In this document: positions 9,177 to 18,628 of the stretch, one piece after another
Layout of the letters: each line of letters begins with the position of its first letter
How positions within the stretch are numbered: the first letter of the stretch is position 1
Assembly (NCBI GenBank): GCA_003151615.1
Contig: PLXZ01000001.1
Span: forward strand, 3,795-67,794
Length of the DNA: 64,000 nt
Source: Candidatus Tayloriibacteriota bacterium
GTDB lineage: Bacteria > Patescibacteriota > Minisyncoccia > Phycocordibacterales > PALSA-1337
Direction: 5' to 3'
Notes under the pieces: model-generated
Databases searched by the model: none
What the model was told of the DNA's origin: nothing
Seen by the model: only the letters and a program-made list of their open reading frames with translations
Position numbers and translations under genes: made by a program

Positions 9177-11135
9177 CTAGAGAGAAGGTGTTCTCCACGC
9201 TGTCTGACCTCGCATGAACGTCGCTGACGACGTACCTGTGAAGCTAGCAGTAGACCAATTGATACCAGTGAGCTGAACAGCATACTGACCTGCAGTTGGA
9301 CCATTTACCAAGAACGAGTAAGTAACTGGAATAGTTACACTCTGGTTCTGAGCAAGAATGAAGTAATTACCGTCTGACGACAATGTTGTATTCGTAGGCT
9401 GTGAATAACCAACCTGTAATCCAGTAAGATTCTGTTGAAGAACTCCGCCGAGATAGACTGCAGCGCTGCTTGTTGCAGTACTTGAGCTACCAAACGCATT
9501 ATTTACAACTGAAGGAAGACCGAACGCTACGCCTTCACCAATAGCAGTAGCATTGATGTTGAATGTTGCTATGTACTTGATTGTTGAAGTTCCAGCAGTT
9601 GTATTGTTCGAAACAACCGTGTTTGTAATCGTAGGTGTTCCAGAAAGAGCAAACACTGGACCCTGACCGAATACATTCTGAGTGTTAGCTATCGCACCGC
9701 CAGAAATAGAAGCATTGCTGTCAATCGATGTGTAAATCGATAGATCTGCGCTTCCTGTTGTAGAAGCAGTGATAATCGCTGGGGATGTAACTGTAGATGT
9801 CAAACCAGAAACATCAACCTTAACCGTGAAAGGAACGGTTGTGTTAACTGGAATAGATGCACCCGGTGTACCATCGCTGATGTTCAAGAATGTAGCAACA
9901 CCACTTGTGTTAACTGAAGCTGAAGAGATAGGTGTTGAACCCTGGTAGAGGTAAGCAGCACCAACTGTTCCGCTTCCGCTGTTAGCAATGTGTACTGTTA
10001 CGCTATGAAGATGAAGCGTATCACCGTTAGCGTTAACATCGAATACCATGACTGGAAGGCCGAGGTACTGACCCTGTGTAGTGTTTGTAACACCAACAGA
10101 ACCTTGAAGAGGGCTCGAACCATCGAGAGATACGTTAGCCTGAGCACTTGTTATTAAGCTCTGACCAATAATCATTGTCTGATTGATACTTAGGTCACCT
10201 CCATAGAGATTGACACCAGCACCATCAACCGCTCGAACACCAAGATTAGCTACACTGACAGTGTAAGCACCCGTACCTGCTGTCGGCGTACCTGTCTGAC
10301 AACCTAAGGTACATCCACTTGTGTACTGAGTATTAATTTGGTTGTAAAGGTTTGCCTCAACAACGAGATCTTTGTATGTTCCCTTTGGAACGATGAAGCT
10401 GAATCCTGCGAGACCTACAACATAGTTAGAACCGTTCTGAACTACTGTTGAATTATTCAAAGGAACAGTCGTGAGGACTGCGCCTGTTGAAGGATCAACG
10501 AGTGAAACAGAGCTGTAAACGAAGTTGTAAACTGCTGTTGAAGAACCGAGAACGAGCTGCATGCTCTGGACTGAAACGTCAGAGTACTGAGCCTGAACGC
10601 GGACATCGAGGATAGGAACATTAGACTGACCGGCATTTGCAACTGAAGTAGAAACTGGACCCTGTGTTACAGAGATGATTCCCTGTACGCCTGGAGTCGT
10701 GATTCCCGTCTGAGTTCCGGTCGTTGTCGTAACTGTCGTTCCTCCCGTGATTGCAGGAGCTGTACATGTCCAACCTGTAGGACATGCGAATCCTGTCGGT
10801 GCCATTGCTGTGCCAGTTACTCCGGCATTCAATTTTGCAACTGTAAGAGGACCTACATATCCTGTGTTAGGAAGACCTACGCTTGTCTGATAAGCAACAA
10901 CTGCTGCCTTTGTGAGGCTACCGAAGTATCCTTCAGCAACGCCTGCTGGCATTGTAAGGAAGCCCTGTGATACCAACCAAGACTGGAGAGCTACAACCTC
11001 TGCACCTGTGCTGCCTACTGAAAGGTAACCAGTGAAAGTGTATCCTGTAGCTGCGTTTGCGCTTCCGATTGTCATCGCGAATGAACCGATGGCAAGAGCT
11101 GAAGCCGCGAGACTTGCGATTAATGCTTTCTTCAT
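9177..11135 (-). CDS. Major surface (S-layer-like) protein with an N-terminal peptidoglycan-binding domain
   Basis: Likely start MKKALIAS at 11135; signal peptide; LSVGSTGAEVVALQ...GYFGSLTKAAV..YQ...GYVGPLT; Thr/Gly/Val-rich beta domains; codons strongly biased to A/T endings; long leader and strong terminator. Confidence 0.8.
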   Translation of the reverse strand: MKKALIASLAASALAIGSFAMTIGSANAATGYTFTGYLSVGSTGAEVVALQSWLVSQGFLTMPAGVAEGYFGSLTKAAVVAYQTSVGLPNTGYVGPLTVAKLNAGVTGTAMAPTGFACPTGWTCTAPAITGGTTVTTTTGTQTGITTPGVQGIISVTQGPVSTSVANAGQSNVPILDVRVQAQYSDVSVQSMQLVLGSSTAVYNFVYSSVSLVDPSTGAVLTTVPLNNSTVVQNGSNYVVGLAGFSFIVPKGTYKDLVVEANLYNQINTQYTSGCTLGCQTGTPTAGTGAYTVSVANLGVRAVDGAGVNLYGGDLSINQTMIIGQSLITSAQANVSLDGSSPLQGSVGVTNTTQGQYLGLPVMVFDVNANGDTLHLHSVTVHIANSGSGTVGAAYLYQGSTPISSASVNTSGVATFLNISDGTPGASIPVNTTVPFTVKVDVSGLTSTVTSPAIITASTTGSADLSIYTSIDSNASISGGAIANTQNVFGQGPVFALSGTPTITNTVVSNNTTAGTSTIKYIATFNINATAIGEGVAFGLPSVVNNAFGSSSTATSSAAVYLGGVLQQNLTGLQVGYSQPTNTTLSSDGNYFILAQNQSVTIPVTYSFLVNGPTAGQYAVQLTGINWSTASFTGTSSATFMRGQTAWRTPSL

Positions 11136-11398
11136 AATTATGATTTGATAAATTAATAAAACGAAACTAATAATGTTACTAATAATTTTCAACTATCCTC
11201 CCTGCCCAATTGTTTTCGACGCTGGCCAAGGAAGTTAGCTTGCGAGAGTGAGAACCGAATTCAGCCGTTATCAACCGTGAAGGAAAAAGGCGTGGCGGAA
11301 TGATATGACCTAATGGAATCTATTGAGTTGTCAAAGTTCGGGCAAATACCGAATATGGCCATTATACCCTTGCCATAAAATCGGTGCAAAAAGCCCAA

Positions 11399-11407
11399 TG
11401 TGGATAA
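11399..11407 (-). promoter_or_regulatory. Perfect DnaA box
   Basis: TGTGGATAA (reverse complement of TTATCCACA), upstream of a minus-strand TATAAT at 11361-11366. Confidence 0.5.
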
Positions 11408-11528
11408 CTCTGGGCCTTATGGCGTTTAATACTATACTAAGGCCATATTTATGTCAATTTCAGGCCCTTACCAGGCTCTACCTGCAGGTACAGACGTATA
11501 AATGAGGGAATTTTGACAAATGGCGGCT

Positions 11529-12302
11529 CTATTTGAGCGAGTAGGTACTCCAACGCCGCTCCCCTTCTTTTTTCACTATTCCCTTATCAACAAGATCCAA
11601 AAGTTCCCGCTGTATGGTTTTTTCACTGCATCCGCTGATGGCTTTCGCAAAGTCCTTTATAGTGAGGTTCGACTGCTTCTTGAGAAGTTCTATGATAGCA
11701 GTCTTTCGACTGTCCTTTTTGTCCTTTACGGCAATTTTTGGCTTCAACTCTGTTTTATCTTTCCTAGTGCTTTTATCTGATTGATTTGGACGATCATTTG
11801 TCCTTGAAAAAAGAGAACGGTCCTGAGAAGGTATTTCATCTGTCCTTGAAGATTCTGTCTTAAAAAATGAATCGGACAAAACATAACCGGCGCGGGCTGC
11901 GTCTTCAAAGACTTTTGTTTTCAACAACATCACCACCCCTTCTATTTCATCCTTCAAAACCGAGTGATTCATTTCAGAAACAAGTCCGGCAACATGCGCT
12001 ACCCTCAAAAGAGAAAGGGTTTCCAGGGAGGCCGAAAAAAAAGTGTGAATGTCGGTATTTCGATCGCGCGGTTCAATACCGTTCATCGACAATGCCGAGG
12101 ACAAAAGACTGATGCCTTTTTCACGCAACTCCCATTTGATCGGTTCCGTGTCCTTTATAAGGCTGGAGACGAGGTAGAGAGCTGAAGTTATTTTTTCAGT
12201 CTTTTTGAATGTAAAAGCCAGGTGGCCTTCGCCGTTAAAGAAACCTATGGATTTCCATATATTATTAGCCTCGTTATTAGGTTGTCCTATATCGTTATTC
12301 AT
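11529..12302 (-). CDS. DNA-binding protein with a C-terminal DeoR-like winged helix and an N-terminal helical domain
   Basis: C-terminus RKTAIIELLK...LTIKDFA...CSEKTIQREL..LV.KG.V.KEGERRWSTY. Confidence 0.8.
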   Translation of the reverse strand: MNNDIGQPNNEANNIWKSIGFFNGEGHLAFTFKKTEKITSALYLVSSLIKDTEPIKWELREKGISLLSSALSMNGIEPRDRNTDIHTFFSASLETLSLLRVAHVAGLVSEMNHSVLKDEIEGVVMLLKTKVFEDAARAGYVLSDSFFKTESSRTDEIPSQDRSLFSRTNDRPNQSDKSTRKDKTELKPKIAVKDKKDSRKTAIIELLKKQSNLTIKDFAKAISGCSEKTIQRELLDLVDKGIVKKEGERRWSTYSLK

Positions 12303-12363
12303 AATGTCTTTTACAAAAAATACCCGAAAATTCCTAAAGGACGATAAAAAATATTATGTCCAT
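11711..12363. repeat. Dispersed TGTCCTT/AAGGACA motif cluster
   Basis: Exact copies at 11711, 11720, 11799, 11841 and 12149; near copies at 11651, 12097 (rc), 12283, 12305, 12337 (rc) and 12357. Confidence 0.6.
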
Positions 12364-12424
12364 TATATAGGGAGTGTCGCCTAAAAGTAAAGCTTCACGC
12401 CATTTATGATATGATTATCGAATC

Positions 12425-14728
12425 ATGGCAAGAAACAAGGAAAAGAACAAAGACGCGCCCGAAAAGAAGAAACAAAAAAGCCTCTGGGGGGATGTAAAGA
12501 CGGAAACCGTGCAGGCGGTCCTCGCCATCATTTCATTCATTATCGCATTGCTCGCAATACTGGCATCCATCAAAAGCGCAGGGCCGGTTGGCGCAATTGT
12601 ATACGCCGGTTTGGATGCCCTGCTCGGAGTCGGATATTTTCTTTTGCCTATCCTTTTCCTGATGCTCGGCGGATCCTTTTTGCGCGGCCTCGAGAGGCGT
12701 TTTCAGATCTCAAAAACACTCGGTTCGCTTCTCTTTTTTATTTCAGCGCTCGGCCTCATCAATATGTTCCCGGGCGGACACGGCGGCATACTCGGACACT
12801 TCATATCTGCGCCTTTGGTTCACCTGTTCGGACCATACGCGACTGCCGTCCTTCTTGTTGCGGGCGTGGCAATTTCGATATTGATTATTTTTGAAACGCA
12901 TTTCACTCTTGAGAGCCTGATGTTCTGGAAACGATTCGGGACGGAAGAAAAAACTTCAAAAAAACCGGCCGAGCTTTCCGCGAAAGAGGAAGCGGCAATG
13001 GATGACGCCGTCGAAGGTGCCGCATTGGCCGCCGCAATTGAGGAAAAGAAAAAGACAGACGCGGAGAAATTTGCTAAGGAAAAAGACAATACAAAAAAGC
13101 CGCCGGAGAGGAAACCTCAGCAACCGGCACTCACCCAATCCGAAGACGACGGTTTTGTCCCGGCCGGCATTGCCAGACCTCGCCGCGAAACGGCAAGCGG
13201 CAAACCTTTCGTCCCTCCCCCGCTTGTGCTTCTTGAAAAGGACAGCGGCAAACCGGAAACCGGCGACATAAAAGCCAACGCAAACATAATCAAGCGCACA
13301 CTCCAAAACTTCGGCATCAATGTCGAAATGGATGAGATTTCAATTGGGCCGTCGGTAACGCGGTATGCATTGAAACCGGCGGAAGGCGTAAAGCTTTCGA
13401 AAATCGTCGCTCTTAATAATGACCTTGCTCTCGCATTGGCGGCCCACCCTATCCGCATTGAGGCTCCAATTCCCGGCAAATCGCTCGTCGGTATCGAAAT
13501 TCCAAACTCAACGAAGACGACGGTTGGTCTGGCGACATTGCTTGGCTCCGAAGAATACCAGAAGTCGGATAAACCCCTTCTCGTTTCGCTCGGCAAAGGA
13601 GTCACCGGCAAGTCATACTTCGCAAACCTGGCGAAAGCTCCCCACATGCTGATTGCCGGCGCTACCGGTTCGGGAAAATCGGTCACCATTCACGCAGTCA
13701 TCAATTCCCTGCTTTTCAGAAACTCTCCTGAAAACCTGAAATTCATCATGATCGACCCAAAACGCGTCGAATTAACCCTTTACAACAACATTCCTCACCT
13801 TCTGACGCCTGTCATTACCGACCCAAAGAAAGCCATTCTTGCATTGAAATGGGCCGCGAAGGAAATGAGCCGACGATACGACATATTGGAACAAAGCAAG
13901 GTGCGCGATATTGATTCGTACCATAAGGCTGCTTTAGCGGCAGTTGCAAAGGGAGCAAAGACAGATGACATTCCTGAAACAATGCCATATATAGTGGTGA
14001 TTATTGATGAGCTGGCCGATATCATGCAAACATACCCGCGCGAGTTGGAAAGCGCCATCGTGCGCCTCGCCCAAATGAGCCGTGCAATCGGCATACACCT
14101 TATTATCTCCACGCAGAGGCCGTCGGTGAATGTCATCACGGGTCTCATCAAAGCGAACATCCCTACCCGCGTCGCATTGCAGGTGTCCTCGCAAATTGAT
14201 TCACGCACCATTTTGGACGCTCCGGGCGCCGAAAAACTTCTGGGAGCCGGAGACATGCTCTATTTGGGCGGCGAAATGGCAAAACCTGCCCGCCTTCAGT
14301 CTGCCTTCATTTCGGAAAGCGAAGTCAAGAAAGTGGTCAAATATCTTGTTGCGGAATACAAGGACGAGGTCATGGGCGAAATCAATCTGACGAATTCGAA
14401 TGGACCGCAGGGTGCGGGTGCTCCGGGTGAATTGGCGCGTGACGCTATATTTTCAGCCGATGTCGGAAGCGATGATGACATGAACGAGGAAGACGACATG
14501 TATGATGCGGCGAAAGAGGCTGTCATATCGGCCGGGAAGGCTTCGACCTCATATATTCAGCGAAAGCTTGGCGTTGGATACTCGCGTGCCGCAAAACTGA
14601 TGGACATGCTTGAAGAAAAAGGTGTTATCGGACCGGCAAACGGTTCGAAGCCGCGGGAAGTAATGGGCGGAAGCGATACCGCAGGAGCCGCTCCGGAAGC
14701 TGCTGAACAAAAAGAGCCGAACCTATAG
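12425..14728 (+). CDS. ftsK: DNA translocase FtsK/SpoIIIE
   Basis: N-terminal TM domain; PHMLIAGATGSGKS, MIDPKRVEL, IIDELAD, GAEKLLG.GDML; C-terminal gamma domain (STSYIQRKLGVGYSRAA). Confidence 0.97.
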   Translation: MARNKEKNKDAPEKKKQKSLWGDVKTETVQAVLAIISFIIALLAILASIKSAGPVGAIVYAGLDALLGVGYFLLPILFLMLGGSFLRGLERRFQISKTLGSLLFFISALGLINMFPGGHGGILGHFISAPLVHLFGPYATAVLLVAGVAISILIIFETHFTLESLMFWKRFGTEEKTSKKPAELSAKEEAAMDDAVEGAALAAAIEEKKKTDAEKFAKEKDNTKKPPERKPQQPALTQSEDDGFVPAGIARPRRETASGKPFVPPPLVLLEKDSGKPETGDIKANANIIKRTLQNFGINVEMDEISIGPSVTRYALKPAEGVKLSKIVALNNDLALALAAHPIRIEAPIPGKSLVGIEIPNSTKTTVGLATLLGSEEYQKSDKPLLVSLGKGVTGKSYFANLAKAPHMLIAGATGSGKSVTIHAVINSLLFRNSPENLKFIMIDPKRVELTLYNNIPHLLTPVITDPKKAILALKWAAKEMSRRYDILEQSKVRDIDSYHKAALAAVAKGAKTDDIPETMPYIVVIIDELADIMQTYPRELESAIVRLAQMSRAIGIHLIISTQRPSVNVITGLIKANIPTRVALQVSSQIDSRTILDAPGAEKLLGAGDMLYLGGEMAKPARLQSAFISESEVKKVVKYLVAEYKDEVMGEINLTNSNGPQGAGAPGELARDAIFSADVGSDDDMNEEDDMYDAAKEAVISAGKASTSYIQRKLGVGYSRAAKLMDMLEEKGVIGPANGSKPREVMGGSDTAGAAPEAAEQKEPNL

Positions 14729-14734
14729 TATTGT

Positions 14735-15124
14735 ATGAACATGACCCGGGAAACGACAAAGCGCGCAATCACCATAGGAACAATTATTTTTGTCATCCTG
14801 GTTATTATCGGATATGCATATATTACATCCCATAGCCTCATAAGCGGACCGAGCATTGTCGTAACAAATATTTCCGGCACGGCTGCGCCGGCTCCAGTAA
14901 AAGGCGTTATTTACGGATCATTCGCAACATCGACCGTAACGATAACGGGAGTTGCGTTGCGAATACAGTCAATAAGCCTTAACGGATCCCCTATCGAAAT
15001 CGACGAGGCTGGTAACTTCTCCCAGATAATAGCGCTCTTTCCTGGTTTCAACGCCGAGACGCTGATTGGAAAGGATGCTTTTGGCCATACAACGCAGGTT
15101 GAACTTGACCTAAACCGAGAATAG
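14735..15124 (+). CDS. Membrane-anchored hypothetical protein with an Ig-like domain
   Basis: TM helix then beta-rich domain (V.ITG...LNG..I.ID..GNF....L.PG.N). Confidence 0.7.
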   Translation: MNMTRETTKRAITIGTIIFVILVIIGYAYITSHSLISGPSIVVTNISGTAAPAPVKGVIYGSFATSTVTITGVALRIQSISLNGSPIEIDEAGNFSQIIALFPGFNAETLIGKDAFGHTTQVELDLNRE

Positions 15125-15168
15125 TTTTCGAGCACTTAATTTATCGAAATTTTAGAACTTTTTTAGAG

Positions 15169-15182
15169 GAATTTCATAACCG
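15169..15182 (+). promoter_or_regulatory. 14-bp motif GAATTTCATAACCG upstream of recA
   Basis: Identical to 23317-23330; followed by the extended -10-like TGTTAGAAT. Confidence 0.5.
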
Positions 15183-15259
15183 TTTGTTAGAATAGTCAGG
15201 TGAACGAATTGCCCAAATCGGGTGTAATAGTATATAATTAGCAGATAAAAAATAAATAC

Positions 15260-16369
15260 ATGGCCAAAAAAACAAACAAAAAATTTCCAGAAGCCCCAAA
15301 GGAAACCGTCTCGGCGAAAGTAGCGAGCATCGCCCCGCCGCGCGCGCCATCGGGACGCGAAGCCAAAAAAGACGATAACCGAAAGGATCCTTCAGTAAAT
15401 ATAAAAGATACTTTGGATGCCATCCGAATGAAATTCGGTGACGATTCAATTATGAAGCTCGGTGAGAAACCAAAGGTCAACGTCAATGCGATTCCAACGG
15501 GATCTATCGGCCTGGACGCGGCACTCGGTGTCGGCGGTATTCCCCGCGGCCGCATCATTGAAATCTTCGGTCCTGAATCATCGGGCAAAACTACACTTTC
15601 GCTCCATATAATTGCCGAAGCTCAAAAAACAAACGGCATTTGCGCTTTTATTGACGCCGAACACGCAATGGATCCGGAATATGCGAAACGAATCGGAGTG
15701 CGTACCGACGAACTTCTCATTTCACAGCCTGATACTGGAGAGCAAGCCTTGGAAATTGTTGAATCGCTCGTCCGATCCGGCAAAATGGACGTTATTGTTA
15801 TCGACTCTGTCGCGGCGTTGACGCCAAAAGACGAAATCGAAGGTGATATGGGTGCCCATCACGTCGGCAAGCAGGCTCGTCTGATGTCCCAGGCTCTCCG
15901 CAAACTCACAGCCATCGTGGCAAAGAGCAAAACCGTGGTTATTTTCATCAACCAAATCCGCATGCAGATTGGAGTCATGTTCGGAAATCCGGAAACAACG
16001 CCGGGAGGAAAAGCTCTCAAATTCTACACATCCGTACGTCTCGACATCCGTCGCATCGCCCAAATTAAAAAAGGCGAAGAAGTCATGGGTGGCCGCGTCC
16101 GCGTAAAGGTGGTAAAAAACAAAGTCGCCGCTCCTTTCCGTCAGACGGAATTCGATCTCATGTACAACGAAGGCATTTCACAGGAAGGCGAAATCATCGC
16201 ACTCGGCGAAAAAATGGAACTTATCAAAAAATCGGGTAACTCATACGAATACGGCAGCACGAAACTCGGCAGAGGTTACGATGCGACGCGGCAGTTTTTG
16301 AAGGAAAATGAACCGATACGCGAGGAAATTCTCGCAAAGATCCGTGAAAAACTGAGTGAGGGTCTCTAG
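15260..16369 (+). CDS. recA: Recombinase RecA
   Basis: [43 protein letters not shown]. Confidence 0.99.
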   Translation: MAKKTNKKFPEAPKETVSAKVASIAPPRAPSGREAKKDDNRKDPSVNIKDTLDAIRMKFGDDSIMKLGEKPKVNVNAIPTGSIGLDAALGVGGIPRGRIIEIFGPESSGKTTLSLHIIAEAQKTNGICAFIDAEHAMDPEYAKRIGVRTDELLISQPDTGEQALEIVESLVRSGKMDVIVIDSVAALTPKDEIEGDMGAHHVGKQARLMSQALRKLTAIVAKSKTVVIFINQIRMQIGVMFGNPETTPGGKALKFYTSVRLDIRRIAQIKKGEEVMGGRVRVKVVKNKVAAPFRQTEFDLMYNEGISQEGEIIALGEKMELIKKSGNSYEYGSTKLGRGYDATRQFLKENEPIREEILAKIREKLSEGL

Positions 16370-16435
16370 TCCTCTTTTGGCCAAAATAGGCCTAAAGTTG
16401 CGTCTTTTCCGGACTTCGTATAGAATGTCCCCACT

Positions 16436-17008
16436 ATGGCAATGCTTGAATATAACGAAGTTGTTGAGCGAAAGTTTATCGTAATGGACGGACAACCGTA
16501 CGAAGTTCTCGCTTCGCATGTTTTCCGCAAACAGCAGCGAAAACCGGTCAATGCGACGAAGCTGAAAAACCTCATCACAGGCAAAGTTACTGAATATTCC
16601 TTTCACCAGTCCGAAAAAGTGGTCCAGGCCGAGATTGAAAGCCGCGAGGTTAAATATCTATACAATAACCGCGGCGAATACTGGTTCTGCGAAGTGAGCG
16701 ACCCGAGCAAGCGTTTCTCCGTCACTGGGGAAAATATCGGACCTCAGGCAAAATATTTGAAGACAAATGCAGTTGTCACGCAGTTGACATTCGATGAAAA
16801 ACCGATGGGCTTTAAATTGCCGATCACGGTTGATCTCAAAGTGACCGAAGCTCCGCCGAACGTAAAAGGCGACAGCGCCACTTCAGGCGGAAAAGTTGTC
16901 GTCCTTGAAACTGGTGCGACAATAACAGCCCCCCTCTTCGTCAATGTGGGCGATGTCATTCGCATCAACACAGAAACTGACGAGTATCGAGAACGCGTGG
17001 GCAAGTAG
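16436..17008 (+). CDS. efp: Elongation factor P
   Basis: KLKNLITG, P.VKGDSA, LETGA.I.APLFV..GD.IRINT...Y.ER. Confidence 0.93.
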   Translation: MAMLEYNEVVERKFIVMDGQPYEVLASHVFRKQQRKPVNATKLKNLITGKVTEYSFHQSEKVVQAEIESREVKYLYNNRGEYWFCEVSDPSKRFSVTGENIGPQAKYLKTNAVVTQLTFDEKPMGFKLPITVDLKVTEAPPNVKGDSATSGGKVVVLETGATITAPLFVNVGDVIRINTETDEYRERVGK

Positions 17009-17009
17009 C

Positions 17010-17039
17010 ACAAAAAAACCGCAGATGCGGTTTTTTTGT
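17010..17039. terminator. Bidirectional terminator between efp and rpsR
   Basis: ACAAAAAAACCGCA / TGCGGTTTTTTTGT arms. Confidence 0.85.
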
Positions 17040-17044
17040 TGTGA

Positions 17045-17245
17045 CTATCTCGCGACGAACGGCAAGAGACCGATATAACGAGCGCGCTTGACTGCTTCTG
17101 CGAGCTGGCGCTGGCTTTTTGCGGAAACGCCCGTCTTCTTGCGGCTGATCATGCGGGCATGGGGATTGAGAAATTTCTTGAGGATTTCTGTATCCTTGTA
17201 GTCGATGTGCTTTATATTGTTTTCAGAAAAGTAACACTGTTTCAT
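17045..17245 (-). CDS. rpsR: 30S ribosomal protein S18
   Basis: IDYKD...L.KF, TG..AK.QR.LA.AVKRAR..GLLPF; in rpsF-ssb-rpsR order. Confidence 0.97.
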   Translation of the reverse strand: MKQCYFSENNIKHIDYKDTEILKKFLNPHARMISRKKTGVSAKSQRQLAEAVKRARYIGLLPFVAR

Positions 17246-17311
17246 TTTTTTATATTTTGTAATTGATTTTGCTAATTTGTTTGATTTTTTTTCGAACGAT
17301 TTGGCGTTTAA

Positions 17312-17833
17312 CTAGAACGGGATGTCGTCGGGATTTATTTCTTCTTCGGGATACGCGATGGCATCCGCCGGAGGAACATCCTTGTCGGACGGAGCGTTGT
17401 CGAACTTTGTCGCGCCGTCGGCACCGCCGAACGAGCCTGCTGAAGCGCTGTTGGCGCCTGCCCCTGACGGACCTCCGCCCACTCCTGATCCCGCGCCCGC
17501 ACCGCCTGCGCGATTGCCGAACTGGACGCGGTCAGCAACGATTTCAGTGCGGTATTTCTTGGTACCGTCCTGAGCGTCCCATGACCGGGTCTGCATGCGG
17601 CCTTCGACGAGGGCACTGGAACCTTTTTTGAGGTACTGCGCCGTTGTTTCCGCCTGGCGGCCGAAAACGACGATATTGTGATAATCGGCGCTTTCCTGGC
17701 GAGCACCGTTTTTATCCTTCCAGACACGATTTGTGGCAAGGCTGAAGGTGCAAACCTTTATACCCGAGGGAAGAGCCCGCATTTCCGGATCCCGTGTCAG
17801 ATTCCCTATGACTAATGCTTTGTTTAGATACAT
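17312..17833 (-). CDS. ssb: Single-stranded DNA-binding protein
   Basis: LNK..IGNLTRDPE, YLKKGS..LVEGR.QTRSW, Gly-rich linker, DDIPF tail. Confidence 0.98.
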   Translation of the reverse strand: MYLNKALVIGNLTRDPEMRALPSGIKVCTFSLATNRVWKDKNGARQESADYHNIVVFGRQAETTAQYLKKGSSALVEGRMQTRSWDAQDGTKKYRTEIVADRVQFGNRAGGAGAGSGVGGGPSGAGANSASAGSFGGADGATKFDNAPSDKDVPPADAIAYPEEEINPDDIPF

Positions 17834-17878
17834 ATGTATATTGTATTAAACTGATAATGCCTCGGAAACAGCCATGCG

Positions 17879-18412
17879 CTACGCCCCCTTTACCATCGCG
17901 TCGATGCTCTTGTCCATGTCCTCCACGTTCGCGGCTGCAACGACTACGGGTTCGCCTGATTTTTCAATCGCGGCATCCACGGCCGGAACAGGAGCCGCGC
18001 CTTCCGGAGCGATCATTCCCATATCCCGTGCGGCAACCGTAAACGTAGGCGCGCGCTTGCCGAGATACGTGTTTTCCTTTACGGTCGTCACGAGAATGTG
18101 ACGGAGAATATTTTCTGTCGCATCAAGTGACTTTTTGACTGATTCGATTGCCTTCGAAGGAAGTTCGAACTTTACCCATCCGAAATACGCCTCATCGAAG
18201 CGCTGATACGAACCGTTGATTTTCTTTGTCATCTGATACGCGAGCGTAATGAGCTCGGGATTTTCTTCACCGATGATAACTGCGCCGGCTTTCGCGAGCA
18301 CATCTTTCAAAGAAGCCGTTTCAGCGGCCACTTTTTCCTTCGGAATCGAGGACAGAAACAGATAGCCTATTTCATATACCTTAACCCCTTCTTCATGAGT
18401 ATTATTTTGCAT
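17879..18412 (-). CDS. rpsF: 30S ribosomal protein S6
   Basis: YEIGY..., LAY...K, ILRH; upstream of ssb and rpsR. Confidence 0.85.
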   Translation of the reverse strand: MQNNTHEEGVKVYEIGYLFLSSIPKEKVAAETASLKDVLAKAGAVIIGEENPELITLAYQMTKKINGSYQRFDEAYFGWVKFELPSKAIESVKKSLDATENILRHILVTTVKENTYLGKRAPTFTVAARDMGMIAPEGAAPVPAVDAAIEKSGEPVVVAAANVEDMDKSIDAMVKGA

Positions 18413-18418
18413 AATAAG

Positions 18419-18595
18419 TGGTGAACAGTAATCCGCCCAAATAGCGGAGCGAGGCAGTGCGAGCCTGGACTGGTCACGTAATTAATTAATAAGTTGCACT
18501 CACTAGAAACTATCATATATGTTCCCGAGGCGCAAGGCGTGGGCTTTTTATGGCCCTCATACCCTGCCATTCCACTATACGGCCTGGATGATAGA
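18419..18595 (-). ncRNA. Candidate structured RNA(s) or leader upstream of rpsF
   Basis: A three-way junction (18419-18478) and a long irregular hairpin closed by CTATCAT/ATGATAG (about 18510-18594); family unknown. Confidence 0.35.
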
Positions 18596-18628
18596 GAAAC
18601 ACATAAGATTTCCTAAAATTTTGATAAA

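Noticed and set aside
18580-18602. Hammerhead ribozyme suggested by CTGGATGA...GAAAC
   Set aside because: The core is not CUGANGA and the required stems are absent; no tmRNA, RNase P or SRP signature was seen either.
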